Shown one piece after another: positions 19,415 through 30,306 of a stretch of 64,000 nt of DNA (positions are counted from its first letter, which is position 1; each line of letters starts with the position of its first letter). The translations under genes and the position numbers were made by a program. Under the pieces are notes generated by a model. It was not told where the DNA came from and searched no databases. It saw only the letters and a program-made list of their open reading frames with translations. Origin of the DNA: Candidatus Omnitrophota bacterium (GTDB lineage Bacteria > Omnitrophota > Gorgyraeia > Duberdicusellales > 4484-171). The stretch covers positions 11,055-75,054 of the forward strand of contig JAAEQW010000111.1 in the NCBI GenBank assembly GCA_024231025.1, given 5' to 3'.

Positions 19415-20827
19415 CTACTGAATTTTGTAAACAACACCTAACCCATTTGAGCTCATATAGATAGATTGTTCAGTATACCCCGAACTTATCACTTCATCAA
19501 TGAAATTACGATACCGATTATTGCAATCAATAATAATTAGCGGAGTTTCTAAATTATCATTTAGATAATCAAAATTAACTTTGCCAATAGATTTAATTTT
19601 CTGAGATTTTTTTTCGCCCAAAAGATAAGAAAGATAATCATCCTTGCGAAAAGGGGCAGATATTGCCTTACAATTTTTTATATACTGCTGGTTTTTCAAC
19701 AAAAACTCTACTGCCTCTTCAATTGCACGACTCACATTTTCCTCATTGCGCACTTTTTCTTTGGCCCAATTAAAATGAGTAACGTTAAAGCTAAGCGCAA
19801 TTAACAAAACAAGATATGCAAAATTTAGGTATTTTCTATAAGGCAAATCTCCAAACGCAAACATCACGATCAAACTAGCATAAAAAACAATAATATTAAG
19901 CGGCAAGCAAAAATATCTGCTAACAACTACCAAATCTCCTTTTAACGCCAAACCCCAGTATAATAGAAGTGGAAACGAAACCATGATCACCGGAAGCAAT
20001 GTTTTTTGCTTAAAGTGCCCCCTCAATTTAGAAGTTACCAGCAATAATCCGCATCCAAGGAATATCATAACAAAATTATATCTGGAAAAAGTCTCTTGTG
20101 CCAATACCCTCCAATAAGCAGAAAAGGAAGTGAACTCTACCAAAAGCACGTTTATGTAGTATTTAAGAATATTGTAAGAATAAAGCGGATCACCAGAAAT
20201 TCTATAATCAAAAAAGGCCCAAACAACCGGTGCCAAAAATGGCAGAAAATAAATAAGTTTCATTTTCCCCTTATCGCGCCATATAAAAAAAATAAAAATT
20301 GGCGCATAAAACCAACTTTCCGGTCTAATTAAACAAGTAAGAAAATTAACGAAGAAACAAAGACTGTATCGTTTGGCTAAAAACAGTAAGATTTGTAAAA
20401 AAACAAGAGGAACGTAAACTATCGGCCACCGAACAAAAATAAAAAAACTCCAAATAATCTCTCGACTGGCAGTAAACATAAGAATCGCGGCAAAAAAACC
20501 ATTTAAATAGTTGCCGACGATCCTTTTAGATAGTTTCATCGACACCGCAACCCATAGCGCCGAAAAGAAAACCGAAATAAAATAGGCAAATTTTGGCGAA
20601 AGCAAACCGTGCAAAAGAACCATCAATGGTTTGGGAATTTCTATAGATAGTTTATAGTTGGCACCTAAGAAATTACGCCAAATTACATGGTAGGTTATAG
20701 CAAAATCATTTTGAAAATTTACTTTTAGAAATTCGGGCAGGAGCAAGAAAAAAATAACTAATCCAATAAAGAAACTACAAAAAACCCGCGGTGAATCAAG
20801 TGATAATTTAAATTTTTCCATAAACAC
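19415..20827 (-). CDS. Polytopic membrane protein, probable GT-C glycosyltransferase
   Basis: About ten hydrophobic segments, PKPL and RPE motifs; located in the glycan locus. Confidence 0.55.
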   Translation of the reverse strand: MFMEKFKLSLDSPRVFCSFFIGLVIFFLLLPEFLKVNFQNDFAITYHVIWRNFLGANYKLSIEIPKPLMVLLHGLLSPKFAYFISVFFSALWVAVSMKLSKRIVGNYLNGFFAAILMFTASREIIWSFFIFVRWPIVYVPLVFLQILLFLAKRYSLCFFVNFLTCLIRPESWFYAPIFIFFIWRDKGKMKLIYFLPFLAPVVWAFFDYRISGDPLYSYNILKYYINVLLVEFTSFSAYWRVLAQETFSRYNFVMIFLGCGLLLVTSKLRGHFKQKTLLPVIMVSFPLLLYWGLALKGDLVVVSRYFCLPLNIIVFYASLIVMFAFGDLPYRKYLNFAYLVLLIALSFNVTHFNWAKEKVRNEENVSRAIEEAVEFLLKNQQYIKNCKAISAPFRKDDYLSYLLGEKKSQKIKSIGKVNFDYLNDNLETPLIIIDCNNRYRNFIDEVISSGYTEQSIYMSSNGLGVVYKIQ

Positions 20828-20850
20828 TTTAGCAAAAAATTATTAAAATG

Positions 20851-21576
20851 CTAGTCAACAAATCTGTATTTAAATAACGTAATGATTGCCTTCACTCCAT
20901 CAATCGGTTTAATTTTTTTACCCTCCTTATAACTTCTTCCATAATAAGTTATTGGAACCTCATATACTCGACACCCACGCTTAAATATTTTCGCAGTAAT
21001 CTCTGGTTCAAAACAAAATCCACTAGCATTAATGTTTATGCCGGAGAAAACATCTCTCCTGAAAGCTTTGACTCCGGTTTCCATATCCGAAAGCATGGTA
21101 TCATAAAGCACATTAGCAAGTGCCGTTAAAAACTTATTGGCCAAGTAGTGCCAGCAGAAAAACACTCTATGCACCCCTAAAAATCTTGATCCATAAACTA
21201 CATCGGCATGACCATCAAGAATCGGATCAATTAAAATCTTATAATTTTTTAAAGGAGGATATTCTAAATCAGCGTCCTGGATAATTACTATATCGCCGGT
21301 TACCAAAGGTTGAGCAACCTTTATAGCGTTGGCTTTTCCGCAGTTTTGATCACAAAACAACACTCTTATGCAGTCATTCTTTATTTCGGACAAAAATTCT
21401 TTAGTGCCGTCACTGGAGCAATCATCTACTACTATTATCTCTTTTTCAAACCCTAAATCTAATTTTATAAGATCATCCAGAACTTTTCCTATCGTATTGA
21501 TTTCATTATATACTGGGATAATTACTGATAATTTCATCTTCTTCTCACTCGTCACTTTCATGGTTTCTGCCATCAT
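20851..21576 (-). CDS. GT2 polyprenyl-phosphate glycosyltransferase (DPM1-like)
   Basis: SVIIPVYNE, VDDCSSDGT, QDADLEY, VYGSRF, EGKKI. Confidence 0.92.
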   Translation of the reverse strand: MMAETMKVTSEKKMKLSVIIPVYNEINTIGKVLDDLIKLDLGFEKEIIVVDDCSSDGTKEFLSEIKNDCIRVLFCDQNCGKANAIKVAQPLVTGDIVIIQDADLEYPPLKNYKILIDPILDGHADVVYGSRFLGVHRVFFCWHYLANKFLTALANVLYDTMLSDMETGVKAFRRDVFSGININASGFCFEPEITAKIFKRGCRVYEVPITYYGRSYKEGKKIKPIDGVKAIITLFKYRFVD

Positions 21577-23116
21577 TCAATTCCATTAAACTTGTATTGC
21601 CCACCCGCAACAAAAGCTTAAATTCATCGCTATATTTACGCATCATCGGCAAAAGATAACGAACTGTTTTTGTTGAAAATTCATCAAGCACCAAATATTT
21701 TATCTTGTTTTTTAAGAGCTCCTCATACACCTCATCCGGATCCAAAGAGAATTTATAACTCAAAGATTGATGCCCAGTATAAAGATAAGTGAGCCTTGGT
21801 TTGCGAGAACAAATCACTCCATCTTCTGGCAAATTTTCACTTATCCACCCATGCGCACGAACAAAATTGCCGAATCCCGGCGACAAACTTGGCGGAAAAT
21901 AGGTAGAAAAAGCTACCGTTGTCAAACAATTAACCGCAAAGATTGCAATTACCACTGATAAAAAAACTAATTGTTTCAACTTTTTAGGAAAAAGCCCCGC
22001 AACTGTTTTTGTTCCGATAAGGAAATAAAAAATCAAAAGCGGCATAAGCGGCACTAAAAAACGAATTCCCTCATGAAAGGGCCAAAAAATTACAAGAAAA
22101 AAATAAAACAAAAAATAGTAAGTCAGCACACATTTTCTATTTTCTATAAATTTACGCCACAATCCCAAAAAAATCAAGCCAGTAGTAACAAACGGTGCAA
22201 AACTCTGCCATAATTGCCATTTTGTCATAGGGTAAAGACAAATAATCTCAGCAATCCTCTTACTATAATAATCAATTCCACTTACGAAACGAGTAAAAAT
22301 ATACTCCGGATGCTGCAGGAATGTTCCTTTATCCAAAGCATAAGCGTCTACAGCAAACAACAACTTAAATTGAGACACCACATAACTGCGATATATGAAT
22401 TTAAAGACGTTCCATCCCAAAAAGACCACAAGAAAGCCACCTCCCACAAGCAAGATCTTTTTCATACCAACTTCTTTACGAGAAAACCACAGAGCAGTAA
22501 TCACGCTGAAAAATAAAATTACACCGATATGGCGAGTGAAGTAAGTTAAAGCTAACGTCAAAATAAGAAAAAGACCATCACGATTAAACCATTTCGGTTT
22601 ATCGATATATTTGCCAAGCATAAATAAGACACAAGCAGAAAAAAATAGATAGGGTATTTCCGAACGAATATATCTGGCGCAATAAATAATGTAATTCCAA
22701 TTCACCGCAAGAAAAAATATTGTAAAAAAAGCCATTTTGGAATCTGAGTATTTCTTAAAAATATGGTAAAACATGATCAAACTCAAAAATCCCAAAAAAG
22801 CTACCAGCAAATACATTAAATAAAAATTTCTCCCAAAAAAGAAAACAACAGAGGATAATAGTAGCGGGAAAACCGGCGGATACATAACGCAAATTGGCTC
22901 ACCTGGGTAATTTAACATCCGCAGGCCTTGACCACTTGCCACACTTTCAGCAACAGTAATGTATTGCGCGCTATCGCCGCCAGTATCAAAAAACTGGGGC
23001 ACAACGCTATTAAAAACAATGGCCCAAAAAAGTAAACCCAATACAATCCAGCACCAGTTAGTCTTGATAGCGCTTAGGACTTGTATTTTTGAAAATTTTA
23101 AATCATATTTTTTCAT
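21545..23116 (-). CDS. ArnT/PMT-like (GT-C) glycosyltransferase
   Basis: GGDSAQY, YPPVFPLLL, RSE, RFLVPL; multi-TM with a C-terminal soluble domain. Confidence 0.8.
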   Translation of the reverse strand: MKKYDLKFSKIQVLSAIKTNWCWIVLGLLFWAIVFNSVVPQFFDTGGDSAQYITVAESVASGQGLRMLNYPGEPICVMYPPVFPLLLSSVVFFFGRNFYLMYLLVAFLGFLSLIMFYHIFKKYSDSKMAFFTIFFLAVNWNYIIYCARYIRSEIPYLFFSACVLFMLGKYIDKPKWFNRDGLFLILTLALTYFTRHIGVILFFSVITALWFSRKEVGMKKILLVGGGFLVVFLGWNVFKFIYRSYVVSQFKLLFAVDAYALDKGTFLQHPEYIFTRFVSGIDYYSKRIAEIICLYPMTKWQLWQSFAPFVTTGLIFLGLWRKFIENRKCVLTYYFLFYFFLVIFWPFHEGIRFLVPLMPLLIFYFLIGTKTVAGLFPKKLKQLVFLSVVIAIFAVNCLTTVAFSTYFPPSLSPGFGNFVRAHGWISENLPEDGVICSRKPRLTYLYTGHQSLSYKFSLDPDEVYEELLKNKIKYLVLDEFSTKTVRYLLPMMRKYSDEFKLLLRVGNTSLMELNDGRNHESDE

Positions 23117-23170
23117 AAAGTGATTTTACTATTCGCAGGAAACGAATTGAAAAGAGTGTTTATTCTATTC

Positions 23171-23872
23171 TTATTTTTTTATTCCGAATTTAAGAAAAAT
23201 AATTGGCCTTAGAATCCGCCACCAATCTACCACCGGTATCATCTTTGTGTATCCTTTATCGATAAAATAACTTTTTGTTACACCAACTTCTTTTATTTTT
23301 AAACCTAATTTTACTGCCTTATACAAAATGTATGGTTCCAGTTCGTAGCGATTTAACCATTTGGCATCGAGTTTTATCACTTCCAAAGCAGAAACTTTAA
23401 AAGCCCTAAACCCATTGGTTCCATCAGTAAAAGAAAACCCAGTACAAAAACTTAAAATAGAAGCATATATTTTGGTAGTAACTCTTCTAAACAAAGGTAT
23501 GTCCTGAGTGCTACCCCCAGCAAGCCACCTTGACCCTTGCACAAGGTCGTAGCCCTCTTCACTAATCGGCTTTACGAGCCTGGATATCTGATTAGGATTA
23601 TCCTGATTATCACCGCCCATGACTACTATGATATCTGCGCCATCTCTTTGGGCGCGACTAAAACCGCTTCTTAAAGCTGCACCAACTCCCATATTAACTT
23701 CATGCTTTATCACAATCGCACCGGCTGCGGTAGCTAAATCTGCCGTTTTATCCACAGATCCATCATCAACAACATAGATTGCTTCTAGCCCCGAAACGGC
23801 CTTAACTTTAACGACTAGACTTTCTATATGTTGTTGTTCCTGATAAGCTGGAATAACCACTGCAACTCGCAT
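23171..23872 (-). CDS. GT2 glycosyltransferase (DPM1-like)
   Basis: VVIPAYQE, VDDGSVD, QGSRW, TDGTNGFRA. Likely start MRVAVV at 23872. Confidence 0.9.
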   Translation of the reverse strand: MRVAVVIPAYQEQQHIESLVVKVKAVSGLEAIYVVDDGSVDKTADLATAAGAIVIKHEVNMGVGAALRSGFSRAQRDGADIIVVMGGDNQDNPNQISRLVKPISEEGYDLVQGSRWLAGGSTQDIPLFRRVTTKIYASILSFCTGFSFTDGTNGFRAFKVSALEVIKLDAKWLNRYELEPYILYKAVKLGLKIKEVGVTKSYFIDKGYTKMIPVVDWWRILRPIIFLKFGIKK

Positions 23873-24981
23873 TAAAAACTCCTTAGACAAGTACTTACAT
23901 ATTCCATTTCTTCTTTTTTTAAATAGGGAAACATCGGCAACGAAACAATCTCTTTGCAAATTTGTTCTGTAATCGGGAAACTACCTTTTTTATACCCTAA
24001 AGAGCTATACGCCTTGGTTAAATGTATCGGAATTGGATAATGAATCCCCGTAGAAATACCTTTCTGCGTTAAGTAATCTTGAAACTTCTTACGCTTGGTA
24101 GTGCGAATTACATAAAGATGATAAACGTGGTATGCCTCTTTTTGCTCGTTAGGTAAAATGTATCCAACACCTTGCAAAGTTTTATTGTAGAAATGAGCTA
24201 TTTGACGTCGCATTTTATTGTGTTGATCAAGATAATTCAATTTCACTTTTAGAACTGCAGCCTGAATGGTGTCTAGCCGGCTATTATATCCTTGCATTAG
24301 ATGATGATATTTTTGTTTCTGTCCGTAGTTGCGCAACATCTCTATTTTATGGGCAATATCTTTTCGCCCGGTCACCACCATCCCACCATCTCCCAGGGCT
24401 CCCAAATTCTTAGCCGGATAAAAACTAAAACAACCGGCATCACCGAAACTACCAACTCTCTTATTCTTATACAAAGCACCATGAGCCTGGCAAGCATCCT
24501 CGACAACAGACAAGCTATACTCTCTAGCAATTTTTATAATAGAATCCATTGCCGCCGGATGTCCATAAAGGTGCACCGGCAAAATCGCCTTAACTTTTTT
24601 CGCATGAAGAAGATATTTTCTTATTTTTTGCGGGTCTAAATTATAAGTAGTAGGATCAACATCGATAAGAACCGGTTTAGCCCCCAAAGACGTGATCGCT
24701 AAAACAGTAGCAATAAACGTATTCGCAGCAGTTATAACTTTATCGCCCTTTCCAATTCCAATGGCTCTCAATGAATATTGAAGGGCATCGGTGCCCGATG
24801 CTAAACCTAGGGCGAATTTTGTTTGACAGTATTGCGCAAAATCTTTTTCAAAAAGAGAAACTTCTTCTCCCAATATAAAATTTCCCTTTTGAAAAACATT
24901 GTTAATCGCTTTCTTGATCTCTTTTTCTCTTATTTTGTGCTCACGGTTTATATTCACAAAAGAGATCGTATCTTTACTCAT
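23872..24981 (-). CDS. DegT/DnrJ/EryC1/StrS sugar aminotransferase (WbpE-like)
   Basis: [40 protein letters not shown]. Confidence 0.95.
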   Translation of the reverse strand: MSKDTISFVNINREHKIREKEIKKAINNVFQKGNFILGEEVSLFEKDFAQYCQTKFALGLASGTDALQYSLRAIGIGKGDKVITAANTFIATVLAITSLGAKPVLIDVDPTTYNLDPQKIRKYLLHAKKVKAILPVHLYGHPAAMDSIIKIAREYSLSVVEDACQAHGALYKNKRVGSFGDAGCFSFYPAKNLGALGDGGMVVTGRKDIAHKIEMLRNYGQKQKYHHLMQGYNSRLDTIQAAVLKVKLNYLDQHNKMRRQIAHFYNKTLQGVGYILPNEQKEAYHVYHLYVIRTTKRKKFQDYLTQKGISTGIHYPIPIHLTKAYSSLGYKKGSFPITEQICKEIVSLPMFPYLKKEEMEYVSTCLRSF

Positions 24982-26002
24982 ACGAGCTACCTTCTTCTAC
25001 TTTTACAGGCTCTCCATTTTTAGCCAACGACTCCTGAAAAGCTTCCAGTATTTTTACAATTTCGAAACCGTTTTTCCCATCTGTCAAAGGCATTTTTTTC
25101 TGTTCAACGCACTCAAGAAAGTGTTCACACTGTTTTTTTAATGGTTCGTAATCACTCACTTTAGGGCTGACGATATTACCATCCCTTAGAAGAAGTTGAA
25201 ATTCTCCAAAATTTGAAATTTCACGCTCAACCTCAATACCTTTTTCAAAAATTCTTATCTTTTCTAAATTATTTAAATCATCAAAAACAATTCTCTGTCT
25301 TGCGGCAACAATGCTTACTTCTCGCTCTTTATGTGAATCTATCCAACTTACATGAATATTGGCAATTACATTGTGTGGATAAAAAAGTGTTGCGAATCCT
25401 ACGTCTTCCCTTCCTTCTCTTATAACCTGGCTGCCAACAACACTAACTTTAATTGGCATTGCCCCCAAAAGATAATTGAAAATAGATATATCATGAGGAG
25501 CAAGATCCCAAAAGGCATTCACATCCTCTCTAATCAATCCCAAATGAGTGCGGGTTGCTTTTAGATAATAAATTTTGCCACATTCACCGTTGTCAATGTA
25601 GCGTTTGATTTGGCGGATTGCTGAATTATACAAAAAAGTATGACTAACCATTAAAGCCAGCTTCCTTTCCTCAGATAATTCTACCAGCTCCTTGGCCTGA
25701 TCACTTTTTAATGTAAATGGTTTTTCAACTAAAACATGCTTGTTGCTTAGGAGCGCTTTTTTGACTAATTCATAATGGGTAGTCGCCGGAGTAGAAATGG
25801 CTACCGCTTCAATAAGTTCATCTTTTAGAATATCCTCTATGTTGTGGGAAATTTTAACCCACGAATATCTACTGCTAACATTTTTCAATTTTTCCTGATC
25901 ACAATCGTACGCGCTAACTACAATATCTTCCCGACTCTCCTTAAAAACTCGCAAATAATTTTTACCCCAATGTCCACAGCCAATAATTCCTATTCCTTTC
26001 AT
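24974..26002 (-). CDS. Gfo/Idh/MocA oxidoreductase (WbpB-like)
   Basis: IGCGHWG, STP..TH, VEKP, WDLAPHD. Confidence 0.92.
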   Translation of the reverse strand: MKGIGIIGCGHWGKNYLRVFKESREDIVVSAYDCDQEKLKNVSSRYSWVKISHNIEDILKDELIEAVAISTPATTHYELVKKALLSNKHVLVEKPFTLKSDQAKELVELSEERKLALMVSHTFLYNSAIRQIKRYIDNGECGKIYYLKATRTHLGLIREDVNAFWDLAPHDISIFNYLLGAMPIKVSVVGSQVIREGREDVGFATLFYPHNVIANIHVSWIDSHKEREVSIVAARQRIVFDDLNNLEKIRIFEKGIEVEREISNFGEFQLLLRDGNIVSPKVSDYEPLKKQCEHFLECVEQKKMPLTDGKNGFEIVKILEAFQESLAKNGEPVKVEEGSSYE

Positions 26003-26634
26003 TATAGCCTCTCCCTGTTTTTATAAGGTTCATCGGTTATTCCGCTAATACACTTTAACTCATGGATAGATTTATGCACTTTGGCAGGATTACCGTAAAC
26101 TACTGAATTCGGCGCAACGTCTCTGGTAACTACGCTACCGGCACCGATTAGACTATTTTGGCCAATTATTACACCGGGCAAAATAGTTACGTTTACTCCG
26201 ATTTGCGTTCCTTTTTTAATTGTTGGTCCGCGCATACACTTCCTTGAATGTTCACAACCGGGGTGAAAGTCATTGGCAATCATTGCTCCAGGCGCTAAAA
26301 ACACATCATCTTCAATGGTGGTAAACTGAGCAATATAGCAATTACAATGGATTCTCACATTATTGGCAATTTTGCACCCATAATCGATAACCGAATTGTT
26401 CCAAATAGAAAAATGGTTTCCAATTTTATTTTCTTCACGAATAACTACATTGTGACCAGTCTCCAGAAAGCATCCAATTTGACTACCTCCGTAGATAACC
26501 GTTCCTGAGCGTATCCTTGCTTGATCACCAATCACAAGCAAAACTGAGGGCTTAACTCTATCAGAAGGATATCCGAGCCGAACCCCATCATCTACACGAG
26601 AATTAACCCCAATTTTAAATTTTTCATGCGTCAT
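26002..26634 (-). CDS. Hexapeptide-repeat N-acetyltransferase (WbpD-like)
   Basis: Left-handed beta-helix repeats; IGAGSVVTRDV...GNPA. Confidence 0.9.
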   Translation of the reverse strand: MTHEKFKIGVNSRVDDGVRLGYPSDRVKPSVLLVIGDQARIRSGTVIYGGSQIGCFLETGHNVVIREENKIGNHFSIWNNSVIDYGCKIANNVRIHCNCYIAQFTTIEDDVFLAPGAMIANDFHPGCEHSRKCMRGPTIKKGTQIGVNVTILPGVIIGQNSLIGAGSVVTRDVAPNSVVYGNPAKVHKSIHELKCISGITDEPYKNRERL

Positions 26635-26677
26635 GATTTTTAATTTGTTTAAAATTACGAATTATTGCCGGCCGGTA

Positions 26678-27532
26678 TTAGTCTATTTTCTCCATCCTTA
26701 AACTGGCAATCTGCTCAGAAACCAAACCCAGCATAAGTATGATTACAGAACTACTGAGCAAAAGTGCGCTCATATTAGTAAAACGATGCGCGTTAAAAAA
26801 AGTATAGCCGTAATAGCCTAGGCCAAGACCGCCAAACAATAAAGAAATCGGCAAAAATACTTTCAATGGAGAGAAAAACACACAAATCTTCATTATGATA
26901 ACGAAAAATCTTGTTCCATCGCTCAAAAGATTTATTTTGCTTTTTCCTTTTTGCCTAGGCAAAACAGATGCCTCAATAAATTTGACTGAATATGCGGCTT
27001 TTATAAACGATAAGGTTAATGTTGAAGGGTAAGAAAAAGTATTCGGCAAAAGATACAAAAACTTCATGGCCTTATCTTTTTTGAAAGCCCTGAACCCGGA
27101 AGTTAAATCGTCTATCTTCATCCCACTAATGTAGGAAGCTAAGCAATTGTATATATTGTTTGCTATTTTTCTCCAAAAAACCTGAGCCGACTTCGTTCTC
27201 GCTCCAACAACCATGTCAAAATCGGACAATCCCTCCAGCAACTTCGGAATTTCTTCGGGATTGTGTTGGCCGTCAGCGTCCATCAACACTATTGCCTGCC
27301 CGCTAGCTTTTCTTATGCCTCTTTTCACTGCTGCTCCATTACCCATGTTATAAGGGTTGTGAATCACGCGAGCTCCACAATCAACAGCTACTGAGGCAGT
27401 ATTATCCGTTGAGGCATCATTGATTACGATCACCTCGCACTCTTGCCCTAAAACCTCATGGATTTTAGAAATAAGATCCTTAAGACTCTCTTCCTCATTA
27501 TAAGCCGGCAAAATAACTGTTACCTTCATCAA
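26678..27532 (-). CDS. GT2 glycosyltransferase with two C-terminal TM helices
   Basis: LPAYNEE, NDASTD, MDADGQH, DLTSGFRA. Confidence 0.92.
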   Translation of the reverse strand: MMKVTVILPAYNEEESLKDLISKIHEVLGQECEVIVINDASTDNTASVAVDCGARVIHNPYNMGNGAAVKRGIRKASGQAIVLMDADGQHNPEEIPKLLEGLSDFDMVVGARTKSAQVFWRKIANNIYNCLASYISGMKIDDLTSGFRAFKKDKAMKFLYLLPNTFSYPSTLTLSFIKAAYSVKFIEASVLPRQKGKSKINLLSDGTRFFVIIMKICVFFSPLKVFLPISLLFGGLGLGYYGYTFFNAHRFTNMSALLLSSSVIILMLGLVSEQIASLRMEKID

Positions 27533-27610
27533 TCTTTATAATAAAGCAAATCTAACATTTATCAAGAGTTTTTAATCAGGAGCAAGAAGAGGTGATCGCC
27601 GTTAATCCTA

Positions 27611-29122
27611 TTATCTGGGGAAAAAACGCGCAATGATGAACTTCCAAAAGCGCCATTCCCAGGCAAAATCAAAAAATCTGTGTTTCCATCTAAAATTTGC
27701 CGATAAATTCATTACCGGTATTACTAAACCATATAAGAAACAACCTAATTTACCTAATTTTTTCCTGCGAAACTCCTTAGAGTAAAAGTTCATACGATGT
27801 ATATAAAATTTATAAGTACTTAATGTCTCTATCGCTTGAAGGCTGGCCCTTAGCTTACGATTCAACCACGGTATAACCTTGGCGTCAGAAAAGCTCCAGT
27901 TTATCCAATCCTGAAATGTCTTATTTTGCTGGTACCCCAAAGCAAGCGCTTCCGCATAAAGAGATGTACCAGGGTAAGGGGTATATACAAAAATGCCGTT
28001 TATCTCTATTTTACTGCTCACCTTCATTATCTGGTCATAAATATCTAGAGTAGCTAAGCGGTCTTGCTCTGTCTCATTAGGCATTCCGATCATAAAACTA
28101 AAAACCGGCATTATCCCCCCGTCAATACAGTTCTTGGCAGTATCTATGATTTCTCTAGGAGTAATATCTTTATGGATATGCTCAAGCTCGGTAACTGATC
28201 CGGACTCAGCACCACACTGTAAATAGAGACACCCACTTTCTTTGAGCACAGCGAAATCGCTTCGATCATACTTTGCTAAATAGTTTGCCCTAGCTGCTGC
28301 TGCCCAATTGATACCTTCATTTTTTATCCCTGCGCAAATTTCCTTTACCCGCGGCAAAGAAACCATAAAATTATCATCTATAAAATATAATTTTCTTGCA
28401 CCAAGATCATTTTTTATACGCTTTAACTCTGTAATAACTTTTTCTGATGATTTCTTGCGCCACTTGCGATCATGGAAAAGCAAATTGTAACAAAACCGAC
28501 AACGATAAGGACACCCCCGACTTGTTTCATAGCTAAAACCCTCTATATAATCGGCATATTTTGCCAAATCTACTAAATCATAAGCTGGGAAGGCAAGCGT
28601 ATCGGGATCTATAAACTCTCTATTTCCTCCTGAGTAACACTTACCTTCACGATAAAAGATAGCGCCATCGATGGCTTGAAACTCTTTATTAATAATTACC
28701 CTCTCAATTACCTCAATAAAAGATTCTTCTCCTTCACCCCGAACAACATAATCAACCAAATCATCAGCGGCAGAAATTTCTGGATAAAAACTGACATGAG
28801 CACCACCCCACACCAAGGGAAGATTAGGGTAATTAGCCTTAATTGAAGTTGCTGCATTAACAGCATGCTTTAGTTGCACCCCAGACATAGAGCTTATCCC
28901 TACGCAAAGATAATCACTAAAATCTTGATTATCAAGACTATCTAGTCGAGTATCTAAAATATCAACCTGGAAGTTTTTCTGACGCAAATGCGCAGCCAAT
29001 ACAATACAAGACATTGGCAACCTAGGAAGTTTCGTTTTAGGACCGGGATATATCAGCAGTACTTTTCCTTTTGAATCCATAATCTTCATTGTTTTTGCTT
29101 TTTGCCTATTTGCATTTACCAT
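27611..29122 (-). CDS. B12-binding domain radical SAM protein
   Basis: WGGAH, GEGE, SRGCPYRCRFC (CxxxCxxC), DDNF, GAESG, PYPGT. Confidence 0.93.
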   Translation of the reverse strand: MVNANRQKAKTMKIMDSKGKVLLIYPGPKTKLPRLPMSCIVLAAHLRQKNFQVDILDTRLDSLDNQDFSDYLCVGISSMSGVQLKHAVNAATSIKANYPNLPLVWGGAHVSFYPEISAADDLVDYVVRGEGEESFIEVIERVIINKEFQAIDGAIFYREGKCYSGGNREFIDPDTLAFPAYDLVDLAKYADYIEGFSYETSRGCPYRCRFCYNLLFHDRKWRKKSSEKVITELKRIKNDLGARKLYFIDDNFMVSLPRVKEICAGIKNEGINWAAAARANYLAKYDRSDFAVLKESGCLYLQCGAESGSVTELEHIHKDITPREIIDTAKNCIDGGIMPVFSFMIGMPNETEQDRLATLDIYDQIMKVSSKIEINGIFVYTPYPGTSLYAEALALGYQQNKTFQDWINWSFSDAKVIPWLNRKLRASLQAIETLSTYKFYIHRMNFYSKEFRRKKLGKLGCFLYGLVIPVMNLSANFRWKHRFFDFAWEWRFWKFIIARFFPR

Positions 29123-29343
29123 ACATAACTAAAAACTACCCTGCTAAGGGCATAAGCGTTCAATCTTCGATAGAGATAGATACTTGCGTCAAATAATGAT
29201 AATGACATAAGCAAATTAATATTCATTTTAACTAATCTTTATAGTAAACTAATTTTCCGCTTTTATCAAGAGATAATGAAACTCTTGCAATTGCCCAAAA
29301 AAATATAGTAAAATACCTAAAAATAGTTTATAATTGAATCATT

Positions 29344-30303
29344 ATGAATGATTTTGACCCCACTCAAAGTAAAATTCTTTTAGCAACCGAAGACCTAAAA
29401 TTACAAGATTTTATCACGCTAATCCTTATGGGAGAAGGGTACAATATAAAAGCCTTCTTCAACCAAGACGACCTATCGCAAGAGCTTAAAAAAGAGCCCG
29501 TAGACTTGATAATCATAGATTTTTTGTCGCCAAAGATAAATGGTCTGGAGTTTTGTAAAACCATCAGAGAAAACTTTACATCAAAATACACTCCTGTCTT
29601 ATTAATTGTACCCGAAGAAACCCCCTTATTAAAAACAAAAGCTATTTTTACCGGTGCGAACGATTTTATTGAAAAACCGTTCTCATCCGAAGAACTTTTA
29701 GCCAGAACCAAAGCTTCTCTGCTTCGCGCTCAAAGATATCAAGACACTAACCCATTAACTAAGCTCCCTGGCATGTCTACTACAGTAAAAGAATTGAATA
29801 TCCGTATAGAGTCGAAAGAGCAATTTGGCGCGGCTTATTGCGATCTTGGCAGTCTAAGGCGATACAACGAACGCTATGGCTTTAAACAAGGCGACCAGCT
29901 CCTTAAATATATTGCAAAACTTCTCACGCATTCTCTTAAAAGCTTAGGTAATCCATCAGATTTCCTTGCTCACATTGGTAGCGATGACTTCTTCTTTATC
30001 ACTTGTGCCGACGGAATTGAGCCAATATGTAAAAAAATTATCAATGACTTCGAGCAGACAATTACCGATTTTTATAACGACGAAGACAAAAAACAAGGTT
30101 ATGCCATCATAAAAAACAGAAAAGGAGAGGTTTCTAAAATACCCCTTCTTCGCATGCATATCGGTGCAGTCACCAATGAGTTCTTTCCATTTGTTTCTGC
30201 CGCGATGGTGCTTCAGATTACCACTGAGCTCAAAAATCACGCTAAGAAATTTCAGAAAAGTACCTATATAAAAGAGCGAAGAAAATCTTACCCATTTTGT
30301 TAA
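29344..30303 (+). CDS. Response regulator with a non-canonical GGDEF (GSDDF) domain
   Basis: N-terminal REC (IIDFLSP, KPF), DTNPLTKLPG, YNERYGFKQGD, HIGSDDF. Confidence 0.88.
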   Translation: MNDFDPTQSKILLATEDLKLQDFITLILMGEGYNIKAFFNQDDLSQELKKEPVDLIIIDFLSPKINGLEFCKTIRENFTSKYTPVLLIVPEETPLLKTKAIFTGANDFIEKPFSSEELLARTKASLLRAQRYQDTNPLTKLPGMSTTVKELNIRIESKEQFGAAYCDLGSLRRYNERYGFKQGDQLLKYIAKLLTHSLKSLGNPSDFLAHIGSDDFFFITCADGIEPICKKIINDFEQTITDFYNDEDKKQGYAIIKNRKGEVSKIPLLRMHIGAVTNEFFPFVSAAMVLQITTELKNHAKKFQKSTYIKERRKSYPFC

Positions 30304-30306
30304 TCT

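Noticed and set aside
29344-30303. Hypr GGDEF (GacA-type cGAMP synthase) call
   Set aside because: It retains Asp in the GxxxGD specificity position rather than the Hypr Ser/Thr.
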